Below are positions 58,271 through 64,000 of a stretch of 64,000 nucleotides of DNA, piece by piece (position 1 is the stretch's first letter; each line of letters begins with the position of its first letter). Both the position numbers and the translations under genes were made by a program. The notes under the pieces were generated by a model. That model saw nothing but the letters and a program-made list of their open reading frames with translations. It did no database searches and was not told the DNA's origin. Source of the stretch: Nannocystales bacterium (GTDB lineage Bacteria > Myxococcota_A > Polyangia > Nannocystales > Nannocystaceae); contig JBOEGF010000008.1 of the NCBI GenBank assembly GCA_050633305.1, positions 1-64,000 on the forward strand, given 5' to 3'.

Positions 58271-61200
58271 CTACGGCGTCAGCGCACCGGCGTCTTCCTC
58301 AGGAGCCATTTCGGCGGGCGCCGCAGGCATCTCCATCAACGGCGAGCGTGTCCCCGCGATGGTGCCGTCCTTGTGCTTCACGGCAAACGCCTTGCCGTCA
58401 AACGTGATCGTGATGCGCGTGTAGGCCACAGGCCGGCTCATCGCCTCGCCCGTCTGTCGTACCGTGAGCTCGGGCAGCCCGGCCGCGGGTGCGGCCAGCG
58501 CGAACAGACCCGTATCACCGGCGATGATCGGGTCCCCCAGATGCCCCGCCGCCGTGGGATCCGCGTGGGTCAGGACGAGGTTTGCCGCCAAGTCCTCCCA
58601 AACCAGCAGCGTCCAGGTGGAAGGACCATCGAAGAGCTGCAGGCGTCGCAACTCTCGGGCGACGCTCTGCGCGGGGATATCGGCTGAATCAGTCGCCTGC
58701 TCGAGGATTCTGGCGAGGTAGGCGACAGCGTGGAGCCGCGCGAAACGCCGCGGATCGTTTGCACCCGGTCGGCCTTCGCCCGCGGCGATCTTCCGAAGCG
58801 TCCGCAAGGCCTCGTCGGTTCGGCCGGTCCCCGCGGCTGCCCGCGCAAGCCGAATGCCCGCCAGGGCATCGTCGGTCTGTAGCTCGACGAGGTCTTCGTA
58901 CTGCCGATACGCACCGTCGTACCAGCCGTGCCGCAGGAAGATGTCTCCGAGCAGTTTGCGGCTCGCCGCGCTGGTTGGGTCGAACTCGACGATCTCGGAG
59001 AACAGTCGCTGCGCTTCGTCGGTTTGTCCGTGCGCAACCATGATCTCCCCCAGCGATTGAGCCAACCCCGGGGTCATCAGCCCCTGCTCGCGCAGGCGAC
59101 GGCCACGCCCGACCGCTTGCTCGAGGCGGCCGCCTGCGACCAGCAACTCCAGCAACCGCAGCTCTCCTGCGGGGTCTCCCGGAGCCCGTGCGAGCGCGGC
59201 ACGGACCACACCGAGCTTATCGTCCAACGTAACCTCCAGGATTACCCGGCGGTCCACATCCGCCCAGTCGACGAGACTCCCAAACATCGCGCTGTCGACG
59301 GATGCGATCAGTGCGGGGTCGACCAAGCGACGCAGCAACGCCCGCGCGACGTAGCGAGCCGCGTCGGACTCGTCGTGGAAGTGGCTCAGCAACAGTTCGA
59401 TGTCGGCTTCACTCGCCGCGCTCGCCTGCAGGAGCCGTAGAAAGGTGCGCTGGTCCTTCCACCCCCGAATCTCGCAGCTTCCCGCCGCCGCTTCGTAGCT
59501 CTGCAGCGACTGCGTCATGGTCACAGCGCTTCCCAGACGTTTGCGCCACAGGATGCGTCGATGGGCGAGTCCCCGAGCCGAAGCGTCGCTGCACGGGAGC
59601 TTCCGGCCGCGCCGGACCGACGAGACGATTCGGCGACGCTCTCGCTGTGCCCTGGGCTGCACTTCGGCGATCTTGTCGATACGGGAGTCCTCCGTCACGC
59701 CTCCCCTCTTGCCACCTCCGGCGCCCCCGCCTCCCATGAGAGGATCGTCGCCGCTGCCAAGGTTGACCTTCTTCTTGCGAGTCTTGGTCGCTGGCGAAGG
59801 CGCCTCGAGCTTCGCCTTCGCCGCAAACTCCCGAGATTCCTCCTCCATCACCTTTCCGTCCGCTGCGCGTTGCGGCTCGGCGTCCACACTCGAAGCATCG
59901 ACACTCGCGACCGCAGCGTCTCCAGGGCTGCTCGCAACGTTCGAGACCTCCTCGTTCTTCGCGCCCTCCACCGCTTTTGCAGCCACGGCCTCGTCAGCGG
60001 ACGATCCGGAATCGCACCCAAACGGTGCACTGAAGAACCCTACAAGGATTCGCTCAGGGAGACTGGCGTCGTCCGCCAATCCTCGCTTGGTCGGGACCCG
60101 GTCGCGCAGGTTTGCGGTCAGCCGAACCCCGCCGATCTGACGCTGCCTTCGGACGATGCCAGCACTTGCGTAAGCCCGCTCGCTCTCCAGGGCCAAGATC
60201 GAAGTGTAAGGACTCATCAGCCCATACTCGAGGCCCAGCGACAACACCTTGCCGCGTACCGCTTCGGGGCCCCGGCTGTCCCCGAGCAGGCGCTCGATGT
60301 ACGCCGCGGCCCACAGTCGGGGCACGACCTGCTCCAGCACGCCCTTCGTTCGCTCGAGCTTGTGCACCTTCTCGAACGGCTCGCCCCCCAGCCGTCCACG
60401 AACTGTGACCTCGTCGGGAAGGTCGTAGTGCGTGCGTGCGAGGAGCACGAGTTCCTGGCCCCGAGAGAGTTTTCCGGTGGTGTTGACGAACACGTCGTCC
60501 AAGCCCTCTCCCAGCTCGACCTCGAGGTCGGTGATCGTGGGGGTCTTGAGAGCACCCGACAGCTCGAGTGCGCGGACGATCGCTTGCTCGGGCGACTGCA
60601 CACGCAGGTGAGTTCCACCGCCGATCCGCGCGAGGGCGTGAAGCAGAGCGTCGTCCACCTCCTGACCCACACCGACGGTGAACAGTCTCGCCCGAGACCC
60701 GGTCATGCTTCGGCGGAGTCGCTCGGCCAACGCATCGCCGGCCCGCTCCCCGCTCGTGGCCATCCCGTCCCCGACATAGACGACCGCGGGTTGATCGAGC
60801 CCGTGCACCCGCTCCAGCGCCTCCTCGAAGATCGCGCCGAGGTCCGTCGCACCGCCGGTCCCGTGCTCCGCAAGCCGCTCTAGAGCCGCCGAAACCGTAT
60901 CGGGGCTAGCCTTGGCAAGCCCCGCCTCGGGGTAGAGCACCTCCGCTCGGACATCCGCGCTGACGACCGCAAACTCGTCCCCTGCACTGAGACTGCGCAA
61001 GAACGCCTCCGCCACCGCAAGCCGGGTTTGATACTCCGCGGGGTCGCCGGCCGCCGACGTATCGACGACCACGACAACTTGCCCTTGCGGGGTCGGGACC
61101 TCGTCGAAGTCGAGTTCGGGGCTGTAACGAACCATCGCGTAGCGAGCTTGGTCGCCTCCGGGCTCGAGCATCGACAGACGCAGCGGTGGACGCTCGGTGC

Positions 61201-62494
61201 CCGGCCGCTTCTTGAGTTCGAGCTGGAAGTCCGCGCGTGGCGTGTATCCGCTTCGCCGCATGGTCACTCGTTTTCCGTCTTCGTCGACACGGGCTTCGGC
61301 GAGCGTCGCGATGTCGTAGTCGTCTGCGAGCTTGCCAAGCTCGACCGAGAGCGCGAAGTCCTCGATGCTTGCGGTCCGCTTCTTGCCCGGCCCTGCCAAC
61401 GGGTAGCTGTATCGAAGCTTGCCATCGGACTCGGTGAGGAGTTGTTGATAGCGCACCACGATGCGTCGGCTGCCCGACGCGGGAACAGGGAAGATGCGGG
61501 CGCGAACCGTGTGCTCGTCGATCCACTCCAACAACGCGGGGTCGTTCGCCTTCTGCACGGTCTCTTCGTAGGTGCGTGCCGCCTTCTTTCGCTCGACCAC
61601 CTCCCCCTCGACGAGCTGTCCATTCGTCTCCAGCGCAAAGCTGACCAGCTGGCTCCCGTGAGGAATGGTGAACCAGTAGTAGCCTTCGACATCTCGGCTC
61701 GAGGGGTTGAAGAAGACTTGCTCAACCTTGGTCTCCGCCAACTCGTCGCGCATCACCACGTTGACCGACTGCCGCTGAATCTGAAGAGGCAGCGCTTCGG
61801 ACCCCGGCGGCGCGGACCGGTCGACGGCATACAAGCTGCCCGACCCTGCCGAGCCGCCAGCCCCCAGACCACTGCCGTCGCCCATTCCCCCGGTCCAGTC
61901 GTCCCAGAACGCGACGGCCTCCACCTGCGGCGCAGCGCTAGCGCTGAGCGTGACCCGCTCACCCGCCGCCGCCTCGGTCCGGCCTCCGGCGTTGCTCACG
62001 ATGGCCAAGCCATCCGCCACGTAGACCCGTGCCTCACCGTCACGAACCTCCAAGCTCGCGCCACCGTCGGAAAGAGCCACCGCAGCGTCCCCTACCTTGT
62101 GGGACACCGGCGCCTGGCCGCGTTCTAGGCCCGGGGCATCCAACCATGCGCGGCCCGCAACGAGGACCAATCCTTCGTGCAGCTCCACGGTCGTGCCCTC
62201 GTCGAGGTACACACGTGCGCCATCGCTGAGTCGGATCAGCGCACGCGCACCACCGGCGGTGCGAAGACGAGCGCCCTGCGGCAGTGGTGTGCCCGACAAC
62301 AGCCGACGAGCCTCGCCGTCAGTCTCGATGACGACCTCGCCAGCCGCGAGTTCGAGATTCGCCGCGAGCTGCTCGGTGGCGAGCGGAGGAGGGGTTTCCC
62401 AGGGTTTGAGGACCGCCAACGCAACGCCTCCGCCGATGAGCGCGACGGCTGCGATGCCCTGAAGGATCTTGTGACGAACGGTAGAGCGGGTCAT
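58271..62494 (-). CDS. FecR-like/VIT/von Willebrand A/TPR multidomain membrane protein
   Basis: N-terminal TM and FecR-like region (LRTAGGARALIRLSDG). VIT (EQVFFNPSSRDVEGYYWF...DPALLEW), vWA (VVVVDTS, GATDLG, YVGDG) and TPRs. Confidence 0.88.
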   Translation of the reverse strand: MTRSTVRHKILQGIAAVALIGGGVALAVLKPWETPPPLATEQLAANLELAAGEVVIETDGEARRLLSGTPLPQGARLRTAGGARALIRLSDGARVYLDEGTTVELHEGLVLVAGRAWLDAPGLERGQAPVSHKVGDAAVALSDGGASLEVRDGEARVYVADGLAIVSNAGGRTEAAAGERVTLSASAAPQVEAVAFWDDWTGGMGDGSGLGAGGSAGSGSLYAVDRSAPPGSEALPLQIQRQSVNVVMRDELAETKVEQVFFNPSSRDVEGYYWFTIPHGSQLVSFALETNGQLVEGEVVERKKAARTYEETVQKANDPALLEWIDEHTVRARIFPVPASGSRRIVVRYQQLLTESDGKLRYSYPLAGPGKKRTASIEDFALSVELGKLADDYDIATLAEARVDEDGKRVTMRRSGYTPRADFQLELKKRPGTERPPLRLSMLEPGGDQARYAMVRYSPELDFDEVPTPQGQVVVVVDTSAAGDPAEYQTRLAVAEAFLRSLSAGDEFAVVSADVRAEVLYPEAGLAKASPDTVSAALERLAEHGTGGATDLGAIFEEALERVHGLDQPAVVYVGDGMATSGERAGDALAERLRRSMTGSRARLFTVGVGQEVDDALLHALARIGGGTHLRVQSPEQAIVRALELSGALKTPTITDLEVELGEGLDDVFVNTTGKLSRGQELVLLARTHYDLPDEVTVRGRLGGEPFEKVHKLERTKGVLEQVVPRLWAAAYIERLLGDSRGPEAVRGKVLSLGLEYGLMSPYTSILALESERAYASAGIVRRQRQIGGVRLTANLRDRVPTKRGLADDASLPERILVGFFSAPFGCDSGSSADEAVAAKAVEGAKNEEVSNVASSPGDAAVASVDASSVDAEPQRAADGKVMEEESREFAAKAKLEAPSPATKTRKKKVNLGSGDDPLMGGGGAGGGKRGGVTEDSRIDKIAEVQPRAQRERRRIVSSVRRGRKLPCSDASARGLAHRRILWRKRLGSAVTMTQSLQSYEAAAGSCEIRGWKDQRTFLRLLQASAASEADIELLLSHFHDESDAARYVARALLRRLVDPALIASVDSAMFGSLVDWADVDRRVILEVTLDDKLGVVRAALARAPGDPAGELRLLELLVAGGRLEQAVGRGRRLREQGLMTPGLAQSLGEIMVAHGQTDEAQRLFSEIVEFDPTSAASRKLLGDIFLRHGWYDGAYRQYEDLVELQTDDALAGIRLARAAAGTGRTDEALRTLRKIAAGEGRPGANDPRRFARLHAVAYLARILEQATDSADIPAQSVARELRRLQLFDGPSTWTLLVWEDLAANLVLTHADPTAAGHLGDPIIAGDTGLFALAAPAAGLPELTVRQTGEAMSRPVAYTRITITFDGKAFAVKHKDGTIAGTRSPLMEMPAAPAEMAPEEDAGALTP

Positions 62495-62549
62495 GGGGTG
62501 CATTCCTCGGGAAGCGGCGAGGTCTCAACGTGTCGAGGAGGGCGAAGGT

Positions 62550-62582
62550 CTGTCATCAAGCAGTCATCAAGTCGCCATCAAG
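62550..62582. promoter_or_regulatory. Three 11-bp-period direct repeats (Pho box/OmpR-family operator-like)
   Basis: CTGTCAT-CAAG CAGTCAT-CAAG TCGCCAT-CAAG, with CATCAAG at 62554, 62565 and 62576. Confidence 0.55.
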
Positions 62583-62735
62583 CAGCGCCACGTGGACCGG
62601 TTGAAAGCCCCCCGTGCGATTGGAGCAGTTTTTTTCGTGGTTGCGGGTGCACAAGTGCACGGGATGGGGAAACGAGAGTTCCCGAACCCGGGCCCTTGCG
62701 GTAGGGCCCCCGGGCCGGGACTCTCATCCACGCGT

Positions 62736-63482
62736 TCACGGCCTTCGCTGCTCCGCGCTCAACACCGTGCGCTCCAACGTCTTGCGGTGGGCCTTGCCGC
62801 GAACGCTCCAGTACGGCTTGATGCGCAGCCGGTCCCGAGACACCCCACGCGCGAGCCACACCTCCCGAAGGGCCACGACCGCCGTCGCTTCCCCCGAAAG
62901 CCACACCACCCCGGGCCCATCGGGGACCGAAGCCGTTCGGGCGTGCTCGACCAACGCTTCGCCAGACGCTCTTCGGCGCGAAACGGCGACCAGGTCGAGG
63001 TGTTTGACGGCGTCTGTCTCATCCTCGTGAGTCTCGATTGCACCGAACGTGGGGGCGTTGGGCGGGAGCGCGGACAAGAGTGCTTCCGCCAGTCCAATCG
63101 CGGTTTCGTCCCCGTAGAACGCGGCCCAAGGCTCAGATCCTCGTGGGGCAGGAACACTGGACCCGGGGCCCAAGAAGTGAACGGCATTCCCGGGCTGAAG
63201 TCCGTTCACCCACCGGGATGCGGCGCTGTCGCCCTGCGCGAACACGACGATGTCCATCTCGCCGACCGAGGCATCAATGCGCGCAGGCGTGTAGCTGCGC
63301 ATCTCGCCCTCCCCGACATGCACCTTGATCTTGCAACCCGGAGTGAACGGCACCCCCGCGCAGCGTTCAGAATGCAGCTCGACCCGGAGGACCGACGGCG
63401 AGAGCCTCCGAACGCCAGTGACTTGGGCTTCGTGTCCAAGTGCCCGCACTCCGAGGCTCTGGATGCTCTTTGAAAATGCCAT
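62736..63482 (-). CDS. Siderophore-interacting protein (ViuB/YqjH-like FAD-binding reductase)
   Basis: MRSYTP, AASRWV, YGDETA, WLSGEA and KPYW. Confidence 0.85.
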   Translation of the reverse strand: MAFSKSIQSLGVRALGHEAQVTGVRRLSPSVLRVELHSERCAGVPFTPGCKIKVHVGEGEMRSYTPARIDASVGEMDIVVFAQGDSAASRWVNGLQPGNAVHFLGPGSSVPAPRGSEPWAAFYGDETAIGLAEALLSALPPNAPTFGAIETHEDETDAVKHLDLVAVSRRRASGEALVEHARTASVPDGPGVVWLSGEATAVVALREVWLARGVSRDRLRIKPYWSVRGKAHRKTLERTVLSAEQRRP

Positions 63483-63486
63483 TCAA
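63470..63486. promoter_or_regulatory. Fur-box-like inverted repeat overlapping the start codon of the siderophore-interacting gene
   Basis: TTGAAAATGCCATTCAA (TTGAA-N7-TTCAA), an AT-rich element in GC-rich DNA. Confidence 0.5.
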
Positions 63487-63602
63487 CTTCACATGTGACC
63501 CGCCGAAGGCTGATCCGCAACCCCAGTGCACAAAACTTCACGTGCGCGCGCGGCGAAACCTCCAGTCGCTCCGGGCGCCGCTTCGTGACAAGCTCCGCCG
63601 TC

Positions 63603-64000
63603 ATGCGACACGTTCTCAGCATGGCGGTTCTCGGCGTCGTCGGACTCATCGCGACCCCAGCGTGGGCTGGTTGACCCGGCTGAACGAACCCCAACCTCCC
63701 GGGCGGAGGTGCCACGCTCAATCAGAAACCCCTCGACACCGGTCGGCTGCGCCTCGGCGCGGTCATGCTGGGCTCGTGGGCGCGTTCCACCCACGACGGT
63801 CGTAGCGGCGACGGCCTCCCAAACTCAGAACACCGTATCGGCGCGGGGTGGGCCCAGTGGAATCTCTCGGCCCAGCTAGGGATCGCAGAACGGTTTGCAT
63901 TCGACGTCATGCTTCCTCTGCGACTGACCACTCTCAACGTGGCCTCGCTCGGTCCTGGAAACCGCTCGTTGGACGTTGGCGACACCATCCATCGCGACCA
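63603..64000 (+). CDS. Candidate selenoprotein (UxxU) exported protein, possibly an outer-membrane beta-barrel; 3' end outside the window
   Basis: MRHVLSMAVLGVVGLIATPAWA|G-TGA-P-G-TGA-TNPNLP... TGA at 63672 and 63681, then open to the window end with alternating beta-strand patterns (WNLSAQLGIAERFAFDVMLPL). Confidence 0.65.
63694..63710 (+). promoter_or_regulatory. Candidate bacterial SECIS hairpin
   Basis: ACCTCC-CGGGC-GGAGGT, a 6-bp stem starting at the 11th nt after the second UGA, with G at loop position 2. Confidence 0.55.

Noticed and set aside
63603..63683. Reading the UGA-containing gene as a simple pseudogene or 23-aa peptide
   Set aside because: Not excluded but disfavoured. Both stops are UGA, in CxxC spacing right after the signal cleavage site, with a correctly placed hairpin and no other lesion in the visible frame.

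Overview
This is GC-rich DNA, most likely from a myxobacterium (Nannocystaceae-like: Myxococcus Cys-rich repeat protein, Ser/Thr kinase-ATPase, many Thr/Gly-linker lipoproteins). From left to right: (1) the left end of an IS630-type element; (2) a DISARM class I-like defence block (drmD-drmMI) followed by a large PD-(D/E)XK nuclease-like gene, with no drmABC inside the window; (3) a hypothetical gene trailed by ~21-bp tandem repeats; (4) two three-gene cassettes of the form OmpA/peptidoglycan-binding carrier - effector - lipoprotein, plus a frameshifted remnant of a third carrier; (5) a SNF2 helicase and an IS91/Y2-like HUH protein; (6) GNAT, a stand-alone flavin-dependent halogenase and a Ser/Thr kinase; (7) a catalase-like/DyP/SOD redox cluster; (8) a PAS-Roadblock-OmpA-Roadblock-ODP operon; (9) a JmjC protein, a DUF4215 surface protein, a FecR-VIT-vWA-TPR protein and a siderophore-interacting protein. 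At the right edge is a gene missed by the ORF track: a signal peptide followed by two in-frame UGA codons (G-U-P-G-U) and a SECIS-like hairpin, a candidate double-selenocysteine envelope protein. All family calls come from manual motif recognition, not database searches. I found no rRNA, tRNA or CRISPR array.
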